64,000 bases of DNA, taken from Balanoglossus misakiensis. Lineage: Eukaryota; Animalia; Hemichordata. Both the position numbers and the translations under genes were made by a program. The number at the start of each line of letters is the position of its first letter. The first letter of the stretch is position 1. The notes under the pieces were generated by a model. It was given only the letters and a program-made list of their open reading frames with translations, ran no database searches and was not told where the DNA came from. Below, in pieces: positions 53,401 through 64,000 of the stretch. The stretch covers positions 3,523,227 to 3,587,226 of the forward strand of contig CM082579.2 in NCBI GenBank assembly GCA_040954595.2, written 5' to 3'.

Positions 53401-55164
53401 GAGTGCTATGATCTGCGACAGGACCGTTGGTTTCAGGTCACCGAGATGACGACCAGGAGACGACATGTAGGCGTCACATCTGTAAATGGTAGGTTGATGG
53501 AATACCGCCCTCTTGAGAGTGCCACCACAGTTGAATTGTGACTCTGCGCATTATTGCTTTGCCTAGGACGGCAGTATATCATTCACATGTGCGTACTACT
53601 GAATGTTCTTTTTCGCATAACACAGGAAAAGTGTTTGCTGTGGGAGGACATGATGGTAAGGAGCACCTGAACAGCTTGGAGATGTTCAATCCTAAGACAA
53701 ACATATGGATTATCTTGGCACCGATGAAAACTTATAGGTAACTTGCCTCCTAGATATCCAAAAGTGCAGACGTTGAGAATGTTTCTGAGAATGTTTCTGT
53801 CAGATAAGCATCGAGAACTGAAAAGAAAAAAAAACACATTCAAGATATCTGACCAGAAAGTAACAGTGTCTATTATTGTGTATTTGTATTTGACAGGAGG
53901 GGTATAGCAGTGACAAGTCTGAACGGCCCCATCTACGCCATAGGTGGACTGGACGACAACAGCTGTTTCATCGACGTGGAACGCTACGACATCACGTCGG
54001 ACAGCTGGTCGTTCGTTTCACCCATGACGTGTCCGAGAGGCGGGGTGGGCGTGGCGCCCTTGAAGAATCACATCTATGCCAGTAAGTGGGAATCGCTTCA
54101 GAGCCCCGGTGTTTCGTCTAGGAATATGTCTCAGTTTGTGAGGAGTGGGGTGGAATTACTGAGTGGAGTTTTGGAAATAAGGTTACCAAATGATCGTAAC
54201 ACTAGTGTGTTTTTGTTTCAGTCGGAGGCAACGATGGTGCGACCTCTCTTAGTAGCTGTGAGAGGTACGACCCTCACGTTGACAAGTGGACTCCAGTGGC
54301 TCCTATGAACACCCGCAGAGCTGGTGCTGGTGTGGCAGAACTGAATGGTCTGATTTATGCAGTCGGTAGGTTTTTTGGAGATGTCTGGGCCGTTTATTGT
54401 GGAAACACAACATAATCTTTATACATGCATGAGAGAGAGAGAGAGAGAGGAGGATAGACTGAAACTTTGTTACCATGGCACAAGTCATCACCAGTGGAAT
54501 GTTTTATAAGTGCAGTTAGGAAGTGAAGCCCATTGAAAACTTGATGTAATTTTTCTTCAACATGCATTTTGCTGTTTCATAGCAAATAACTTTTGTTCAT
54601 GTCATGATATTTGCAGGAGGTTTTGATGACAATTCGCCGTTGGACACCGTGGAAGTGTACGATCCTCAGACTGATTCCTGGACGTATCTCGATAACGATA
54701 GAATGGCAAGTGCTCGTGGGGGTGTTGGAGTCACTTCACTTGGGGGCAAGTTGTATGCTGTAGGCGGACATGATGGCTCCTCCTACCTCAATTCTGTCGA
54801 ATGTTATGACCCTGTAGCCAACAGGTAAGGTGGTTGAGCTTCTGGAGGCTGGCCATGACCTCTATGTGACCTTTACATCCTGGCATTTTGTTGGTGCACT
54901 CTAACTTATTGTAGAACCTAGCAAATGTGAATTTTGTCTGTACAAGAGAGTGAATGTTGAATGTAAAACACCTCAGTCTACAAAGATATCTGTGAATAAA
55001 CCTCAAATAATGATTGATTTTATTTTTTTTTATTTTTCAAAAACAGATGGGAGGTGGTGTGTTCCATCGATGTCTGCAGAGCAGGAGCTGGAGTGGTCAC
55101 TTGTATGTGTTCAGCGTCAGATCTGAAAGACATTAGTCGCCTTAATGTGGTCAGCTGTGTATGA
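50440..55164 (+). CDS. KLHL8: Kelch-like protein 8 (BTB-BACK-6 Kelch; CUL3 adaptor), ~609 aa
   Basis: Exons 50440-51358, 53345-53488, 53626-53737, 53897-54081, 54222-54365, 54617-54824, 55047-55164, in frame (1830 nt); BTB LCDVLL..CHRIILASASPYFRAM; KLHL8-type PRKSTAGVLFTIGGRGASGDPFRSIECY and RRRHVGV; ends NVVSCV*. The start could alternatively be ATG 50482. Confidence 0.93.
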
Positions 55165-57000
55165 CAACACAGGGGGGTGACGTCAGTAGAAATACATCTT
55201 AGTCAAACATGGACGAATCCCCACAACACTGTTAAATGAACAAAATGTAGATTCTACCCTAATATGGCATAAAAATAGACCAGAATACGTGCAGGGGAGT
55301 GGCTGCACAGTGATGTTACTTTATGCATAATTTGGGTTAAAATTTCAGTCAAAGATCAGTTGCTCAGTAATATAAACTTTGACTCTAAGATACAAGAGAT
55401 ACATGTACTAAAATTTAGAAATGGCAACTCGATCAACACTGACTGACTTATAAGGACACACATTGTAAAATTATTGCACATTATGACTGTATTGTTAAAG
55501 TTGCTGTTCTTAACAAGGTAGATCGATCTTCATCTATGTTATCATAAGTCATGTAGACCCATTAAAGGCTTGGCGACAGTATATATTCAACAGAATGACC
55601 ACTTTGCCTTGAACAAAACTTTGCATTCTCACCACCGAGGGCGCATTCCTGCCTCATTGGCACTATCTCACCAAGACGTGCTTTGGAATATGTGCGACTG
55701 CTTAAAGATTGAAGTACAGTGTTAAGACATACCCCATACATACTGACTCTTTAACATGACAAAGTTTATCTAATCTACCTCCTTCAGCTGGCAAAATAAA
55801 TGTACAACTCTATTTTCCCTTTTTTTGGCATCATGATCAGCATTTACGATAGCCACTAATTGTTCCTCATCAAGTGTGTATGCAAACATGCTACGTCGGA
55901 GAAAGACAAGTGTATCATTTTCATGGGAAAGAAGAAAGTCTGCAAAGAAAATTATAATGGGCATGATAAAATTCTTTTTCTTTATTGTGTTGGCAATCAT
56001 TTCATAGTTGAATTTAACCATTTGAGTGACGATTTTTTTCTTATTTTTTTGCTTCAAGTCAAGGGAACTGATTTTTCTCTTCTAACAAATAGGATACAAT
56101 GGTAATTTTGCAAGCAGAAAACATGGCGTGGGAGGGGGGGGGGGGTTAACACGAAAAGCACAAACTAAGGCATATTTTTGTACACATTACCAATAAAATC
56201 CCTAGATGATTAAAATGAATGTCATTTACTACATTTTTGATTAAATATTGTTATTGCCAACATTTTGAAACTATGTGAGGCTTTCCAACTGTCAGAGTGA
56301 TTTACCAGATTTGTCAATATACTGTTCTTTATATCAGCAAAAATTCTTAATGTATTACTTGAAATAGATGAATAAAACTACATATATGAGATTATGAGAT
56401 ATTGGAAGTGTGATTTGATCACGAGCTCAAGTGACCATGTCAAGAATGGAGGCTATATACAACTCCGGGTACAACTTGTTGTAGCCTTCCTCCATGAATT
56501 CAGTTCACCTCCATGGTGCAGTCAGAAACAAAACAAGCCTTTTTATGTCCTTGTGCACCGCGATGAACAGTTCAAGGATTTTACTTGCACTTCCCTATGT
56601 ATTTAGTGTGACCTAGCCCTTTCACTTTATTGATAAACACATCACGCACATTTCAAAAGTCGTTGTCATAGTAATGAATTAGAACACTATCGGACACCGC
56701 GCACTTGCAACTTTCCTCATGCGGCGGCAAGTTCATACGTGCAGTTCCTAGCTGCAGGCAGTGTTCCAGAACTACTAAAGTGATCACTGTGGTCAGGAAA
56801 ACTCTTGATAAATACGCATTTTAAAGATTTATACAAGTATTTTCCAGCGTCGTTCGATTACAGCGCCAACGTACGACGGCAAGCGACCTTGACACGTGGG
56901 TCGCTGATGACGTCAGCTGTCCTCAACTGACCCCGACGACAGTCCTTTCTTGATCGCAAACCCCAGACCAAGAAAGGTTCACTGCCCGGTCAGGAAGAAC

Positions 57001-59600
57001 ATGGGGCAGTCGGACAGCGTTCTGCCAGAGTTGACGGCGCGAATTACACATCTGAGCGATCGTAACTCTGTTCCGTCTAACAGATCCCGTCGATTCAGGC
57101 AAACAAAATCAGGTACGTGTGAATTTCCGTGCATGCTTGCTGCGTTGAATCTGCTTCTGGAAAAAAAAATAGGTCGTTCGTGACATGCGTGACTAGTAAA
57201 CACGATATATGTCAATGGCGTATCTCGTTTCCAGAGAACTATATACTGCATGGATATATAGATAGTAACCGCTCGTGGCATGCTGTTGCTACACAGTTCA
57301 TGACATATAGAGAATGTGATCACGGCGTTTGAGCGATAACGATAACGGGCCCCTTGCCTAGCCTATGTATAGAGTGTTGCCTTTTGAATAATCATTCTGC
57401 ATTAATTAACCTCTTTTCGCTGCCATAAAATTCGCACAGCTCGACACGTATTTGGCAAATTCACAGCTTTTGTTGCAGCCATTGGTGTTTCTGCTCTGGT
57501 ATGACCTCCTGCGAAATGTAAGAATTTATATGCGTCGGGTCGCTAGCGAGCCAAGTTCACTGCCGAGGATGAAATTGTGTTTGATCCAGCAGACTTTCGC
57601 CTTCTCTATTGTTTCATATATAGGTCATGACACGAAACGAAGGCTTACAATGTGATCGCCACATAACAAACCATCATTCAACCTAAATAAGTCACGTTGG
57701 TTTGTCCGCAGGGGCGGGAGGTTATTCAAATGATTAGAGCGGGTTTGCAGTCCCTTTTGCTGAATTATATGGAAACTAAACTCTTGAAATCTATTAAATT
57801 GGCCTGCTTGTAAATTTTGTCTTTGTTTTCAGGTAAAAAATTTCCCCTGCCTAAAGCATCCAAAACTTGCATTGAACCTGCGAAGACATACAAACCTAGC
57901 GAACACTTCAGTTATCCAAGAGAGGGCCAGTTTTCTACCCTTGAAGTTGATCATGAAGGCATTGAATTTGAATTGGCGGGCACTGGTCTGACGGTGTTCG
58001 CTCCGCCAGGTGTTGTGCCGAGGGGAGAGAAACGGTCCATATTCGTCGGCGTTTCCTGGGAGGAAGCGGGCGATTCCTTCATCAACTGGAAAGATGACTG
58101 CGCGCCCGGAAGCACGACCTGTGGCCGGACCGTCAGTCCGGTCGTCGTCTGCCTCTTTGTCGGCGCGCTAGAGAAACCGCTGTGTCTACGCTTCCCCCAC
58201 TGTGTGGCCAACGGCTCGTTTCTCAGAGGCCTGGTCGTCGTGCAGAACTTCGAGCGCTGGTGCGTCGTTCAAGGCTTAGGCACCGACGTTTGGACTAAAG
58301 CGGCGATCAGCAACGAGATCTCCACTTGGGACTTCGAGAATCAGACCTCTGCCATTGTGTACCAGGATCGCTGCTTGTTTTTCACGCGCACCCCCGTCAC
58401 GGTTGCCTGCGCGTGCACGAACCATAATGATTTCCGAATTGCGTTGAATATGTGTGTTTTGGTGTACCACGATAAACTCTCTGATGACAATGATGTCAGA
58501 TTAAGAGTGTATGTCGCTGACAACAACGCAGATAACCTAATGGTAAGTTGGTTATAGATACGAGTTGTTTTGTAAGACTAAATCTGTGTTTCTTTTAACA
58601 TCACAATGCAGTTACCGGTGTGTACAGTGCCTGAGTACATGAACTCACTTTTGCCTTCTGAATCCTCTTTCTCTACATCTGCAACAGTGCATCGAGCAGC
58701 AAGAGACCAAAGCTGGAGGGACCAAGTGCCATGAAGATGCAGACTTCACGTTTGCCGAAAACGAGCTGGACTTGAAAATCAGGCTCGTGGACGTCGACAG
58801 TGGATGGGAATGCAGCGAGCCTTGTCAGGTACTTCGGGGGTCTTCATTAATAACTATTTGGTCATCAGAGCCAATGGTGATGCCTTTTCACTTCAAAATA
58901 GTACTGTGCTGTCATTTTTGTCACCGAAAGTTGTCTATGTGCTTTGACTGAGACTTTGATTAATGGCGGGTGGCACATGTGGGGTAGGGTTACTCACTCT
59001 TTTCAAAACACATGCTGTCACTTCACGTTTTTGTTTTGTCAGAGATTATGTCTGTCTTTCATGACTTTGTTCACATTTTATTTCTTTCCAGACTGTTGAT
59101 TATTTTTCACTGTGGCTGGGGAGTCGTACACAGTGCCGAACATTTACATTTGAAGGTCAGGGGACCCCAGAGGAACTGAAGTGCACCTTCGCAGTTTTTC
59201 AAGGCAAGCCCCAAAACGGCACTTCGGTAAACATCTCTGTGGCTAAACGTCACCTTATCCATGAGTCCAAAAACGTAAGCAAATTCGGCATGCTTTTCTT
59301 TGATTTGCTCGATTTTTTGTGTGTGTGACAATCTTCAGAGTCAATGTAAACCGGTTCTTTTATTCTTCTTCAAAGGCTGAATTACTTAACCCACCACAGC
59401 CGTGTGCAGAAAAAGTCGTTGTAGAGGTCAACAACGAAACCAGATTGTTACAGGAAAGAAAATATTGCCCGGATGTACCAAGTCCGAAGCCGTCCCCAAA
59501 ACCGACCAGGGTCAAGACCCACAGCAAAATTATGCGTAGACTTCGAAGGACAAGCAGTTATAGCGATGGCGCAACTATAGAAATGATGATGTTCATGTAA
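57001..59600 (+). CDS. ZU5-UPA domain protein (UNC5CL/ankyrin-like module) with N-myristoylation motif, 456 aa
   Basis: Exons 57001-57112, 57833-58542, 58688-58828, 59092-59274, 59376-59600 in frame (1371 nt); ZU5 motifs VDHEG..L..TGLTVFAPPGVV, VSPVVVC, LEKPLCLRFPHC; UPA-like VRLRVYVADN..QETKAGG; starts MGQSDS; AATAAA near 61002. Confidence 0.85.
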
Positions 59601-61218
59601 AAGCAAGATGAAGTTGCATTGCAAGATGGGAGTACCGACAACATGTGTGGTTTAGTTCCTGTACACAAGACGTGTACAGGAAGGTGCAGTTTTTCTAACT
59701 GAATATGTAGGTGAACACGTTTGTGGTGTGGTTTGCAGTTACTCAGTATACAGTATAGGATGTTATCAGATCGATTGATAGATCTTTTGGATGGCAAGGT
59801 ACTTATACCTTCATACTGCTGACTAGAAAAGACATCCTGGAGGAGAATGTCTTTGTTAAGAGGTCTGCCCTCTTTGGCCGTGAAGCTGTTAGGCAAGAGA
59901 AGAGAGAAGTAAACAGTGCCTTGGTCATTCTCACTTATATCAGTTATTTTAAACTCGTCTATCAATTTGACCCAAGGACCAGTTTGATAATGGCGTGCAC
60001 TTAGCTTGCTATAAGGCATTATATGATATTAAGTGGGTCAAACCATTGTATGTACATGTATGCTGCAAATGCAGTTGTATGCGTACGGATTGCAACAGTG
60101 TCGCTGCTTAGCGTAGTGGGTGGATATACACGTCACCTTCGACCAAACAGCATTATTACTTATTAACATGTGGAATGTTTGTATTGTATGGAGAAGAATG
60201 GATTTTGCAACTGTGTTCGTGTTTGTTGATGTGTTTACGGCACAGAATCACAATTTAAAGGTATACCAGTGTGTGGTCACCTATGCAAATTTAACCTCTG
60301 TTACCATGGCCAGTCGCAGGTGACCATATACCTTTAGCACGAAGAGGCCTAGCTGCAACTTGCCAGTCAATATATATGCACTTACCCATGTCAGAAATCG
60401 TGAGACCCAACATACATGTTGCAGTGCATATATATTTTATGCTTGTATTCCAATTTGGATCAAATGGGAGCACCTTGTTCTTGACGCTATTTTTCTAAAT
60501 GGTCCCTTTAGTAAAAATTCTCTGCTTCAAAAATTTACATAAACATGAGTACACACAGGCTTTGTTCTGTATAACCATTTATGATGTATGCTACATCTAC
60601 AAGTAGATGCAATATCAACAGTACTATATAGTCTCACATATAACCACACCTTGTGTGAACTGGTTCTCAGACCGCCAGACCAGCGTTATTTTGCTGGTCT
60701 GTGATTGAACCTCACACCACCGTATTTTTTATCAGACCCTGCATGTCAGAATTTTGAATTTTTTAATCGTTGCCCTTTTGGCATATTGTAGGCAGGAAGT
60801 GGAGGTGTGTCGGGGGGAGGGGCGCTGCATAGTGAGGGCGCTATATACAGGATTCCTGCACTGGCACTTCACTGGCACATGCATGCTGTAAACAATGGTA
60901 AAAGATAGCCGTGACTTATTTACATGTTTGAGTATAGACGTAAAGTACAAGTACTTATTTAGTTACAGGCTGCTTTTGTTGCTTTTCTTGTCTGTTTTGA
61001 AATAAATGTGTTTGACCACCACCATCTCGTAATGATATATTCGGTTCACTGAAATACTTTAATCAATGTCATTTTCCCTTGAAAGTAACATTTCGACTCA
61101 AAATTCTGGATCAAAATACCAGTGATATCATTTCTTGAAAACGATAGACAGTGATTCGTTTCGGAAATCTTGCGACTGATGTGCGTCACACCTGCTGAGT
61201 AGATGGTCGTGTATGACA

Positions 61219-62726
61219 CTAGGCACTGTACAAGAGCAAGTTGGGTGATCCAACCGTGTCGCTGATAACACCGGAAGTAGCATCACCCACAGTTCTACTC
61301 GCACAGCTGGCATTGCTGTTGCAACTTCCGGCTCCCAGATGGACTGCTACAACACCTGTTTACCAATCATAATTCCACAAACATGTAAATTTGTTACAGA
61401 GACCAATTACGAAGAGAAAAGAATGTCACTAAAAACTTTCTGCTTGGTAGAAAGTTGAAGGACTAGAACGCGCGAAAAGAATCATAAAATGCTCATGTAA
61501 AGGCAGCATGAGGGGTAAATCAGAATACTTGTATTTTACTATGAGTATCAGTTTATATTGAAAACTGTAAGACTTGTTACTTTCTACATTACTTTTCAAA
61601 CATTTTCTCATACTCTCAAGCTTCTTGTGACACAAACGCCAGTACCCATAGAAACAGCATTTCTGATATGAAAGAAAATGTAGAATGTCAGTGACGAGAC
61701 GAAGATATGTGCTGGGATATCTGTCTACTTGCCTGTAACGTGTGCGCAGGCCATGGAAGTTCCGCTCATTGTTGTGTAGCATGTATCACAGGTGTGGGAG
61801 GCAGTTCTGACATTGATACCAGGAGCGAAGAGATCAACACAGCTGCCATAGTTGGAGAAGCTTGCACGCCAATCGCTGCTGTCGCTGGCCGCAACAGTGA
61901 TAGCCTGTTGGAGAGACGTATTACGAGCAATTACAATGACGTTTATTGTATTAAAAACGAACGTGTCATCATCATCACAAGAAAAAAAACTTAATTCCAG
62001 TATACTTACTGCTGACAATCTAGCGGGAGATACGTTGCAGGCGTTTTGATTCTCATTTCCAGCAGCGACAACCATTGTGTATCCGTAATTAATTGTGTTT
62101 TGGACGCAGTTGTCGAGGGCGGTGTTAGCACCACCGCCGCCGAAGCACGCAGAGACAACACTTCTGCTTGGGGTAGCACCACTAGAGGAGATTGCATCAA
62201 GACCTGCGAAGAAAGTGATGTCATTCATACACGTTTTTCGGTTACTTTTGAGTTGTTGAAAAAAAGAGGGAGATGGACAAAGTGTACAATCTACTGCCAA
62301 ATAAGCTTCCGAAAGTCAGGCTTATAAGACGATGACACCAACTGTTTGTTGTTGTTGTTGACGATGATTATGATGTCGTGCTGACATTGACCACCCACGC
62401 GCGCTCAGTTCTGCGTCACTCACTTGTGAAATTGCCAACTACTTCAGCGCAGCTCTTGTATCCACACCCTTACCTCCACAGATATCGGTAGTTGTACCAG
62501 AACCTTGGCAGTTCAAGACTCTCACACTGTAGAGATTGGAACCCGGGGCAACACCAACAGTGGCACCAGACGCGATTCCACCACAAGCTGTACCGTGACC
62601 ATGGCAATCGTTTCCCTGATAAGAAAAAGTACTTTTGTTGGGTTTGTTGTTGTGGTGGTGGTGGTGGTGGTGGAGGCGGTGATCATCATCATCATCATCA
62701 TCATTATCATCATCATCATCATCATT

Positions 62727-62784
<58 letters not shown>

Positions 62785-63766
62785 CCTATGAGCTTTAGAA
62801 TACGGATAGGTAGTATGATTGAAACTATAATATAACTCATCTTACGCCATTAGATGGTAAGAAATCCCAGAAATAGGAAGCACGGCCGCCAAACTCTTGG
62901 TGGGTGTGACGGAGACCAGTGTCAACAATGTAGACATGGGCACCAAGCCCAGTGCCTGTAGTGGATACCAAAAAACGTACACTTTTATTGTCGGCAAACA
63001 TGCTGCACAACATGAGAACAACGTGAAAAATGCTAGGTTTTTGACTATAATAGAGTACGGGAATCTATAATATAGGAAACGAAAATAAGAAGGATGCAAA
63101 CTTTAAGAGCGCGACGGAGTCAAGCATTGTATTAACGATGGTGATTGAATATCAAGTTATATCAGTTAACATTTTTCTTGAATAGTGGTGGGGAGTTGTC
63201 AAGACCTGTCACTAATAATAATGTAGAGATCCACCTACCGTAGAGACTCATCTGGCCATTGAGAGGAAGACTTCTCTGGTCGATACGATCCATACCCCAT
63301 TCAACATTTGGTGTCACGATCATATCATCCTGAACGTATTCGATTTCCTCGAAGTTGAGGACCTAACAATTGAAAAAGTAACGATCGATCGAAATACGAA
63401 AATAGTATTAATCACAGTATGGGTGAAATACTTCTATTTACTTCTACTTCTTCGTCAAAAGTTGCATTCCAGACGTCTCAGAAAAGACGATGTGTATCCA
63501 AATATGGAACATCTGTTACTCGATTTATGAGTGATAGCATTTTTGGATTTGACTCACAACAAATAATTTGTATCGCGTTTTCGCCACATGGGTCTCTCAA
63601 TATCAATTATCCCTTATTAAATAAGGCCATTGTAAGTCTGACTTACACTCTTCAAGTCCAGAGTTTCGATGGCCAAACCGTTCAGAGACATCTTGTAAAT
63701 ATATTTGACATCGACAGGTACTTGGCCTTGCAAAGTCCCGGCGAACTGCTGGGCATTAAAGCCATC
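61219..63766 (-). CDS. Subtilisin-like S8A serine protease (proteinase K/aqualysin-type) with I9 propeptide; 5' exon outside window
   Basis: Exons 63766-63647, 63362-63239, 62955-62846, 62615-62474, 62203-62010, 61904-61733, 61355-61219 in frame; WGMDRIDQR, catalytic VDTG, HGHGT, oxyanion AAGN, GTSMA, C-terminal SPNLLLY. Confidence 0.93.
62650..62783. repeat. (GTG)n plus (CAT)n trinucleotide microsatellites in a protease intron
   Basis: Direct observation; source of the poly-D/H/I/M ORFs. Confidence 0.95.
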
Positions 63767-64000
63767 CTGAAGGATGATGTAGAATTGATTAACAATATTG
63801 CTTTTTGTGCTTTCACTCTAACAAGCAAACTAACACTTTCCCTTCTGGCGCCACAACCGTAAATTGTACAATTATAGGAAAAACATGTGAGCTGTTCACC
63901 AAGTGTCTGAACCATATATCTTTGCAGTGGTCAGTACTAATATGATCTCAAGTAATCATAAAATAATTACATGGACTCAACCTTAGGCTTTTCATTTATA

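Noticed and set aside
62439-62840. Poly-Asp/His/Ile/Met ORFs
   Set aside because: Intronic (CAT)n repeat; only 62615-62474 is a real protease exon.

Overview
Intron-rich eukaryotic (animal) genomic DNA, most likely an invertebrate deuterostome such as a hemichordate or echinoderm (inferred from gene content and microsatellite load). Positions 1-21 kb are essentially non-coding, with several microsatellites, a 6.3-kb (CCAT/CCAC)n array that generates all the giant spurious ORFs, and clusters of promoter/enhancer-like motifs. From 22 kb onward, eight genes can be built by hand from splice sites and reading frame: an intronless ~920-aa orphan (-), a six-exon 234-aa orphan missed by the ORF track (+), a 126-aa single-TM orphan (-), two tandem SLC6 amino-acid transporters (-), KLHL8 (+), a putatively myristoylated ZU5-UPA protein without a death domain (+), and a proteinase K-type subtilase with a GC-AG intron (-, 5' end outside the window). 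The most notable observation is a SAM-like domain exon that splices in frame onto the N-terminus of the upstream SLC6 transporter. All domain calls come from motif recognition by eye; no database searches were run.
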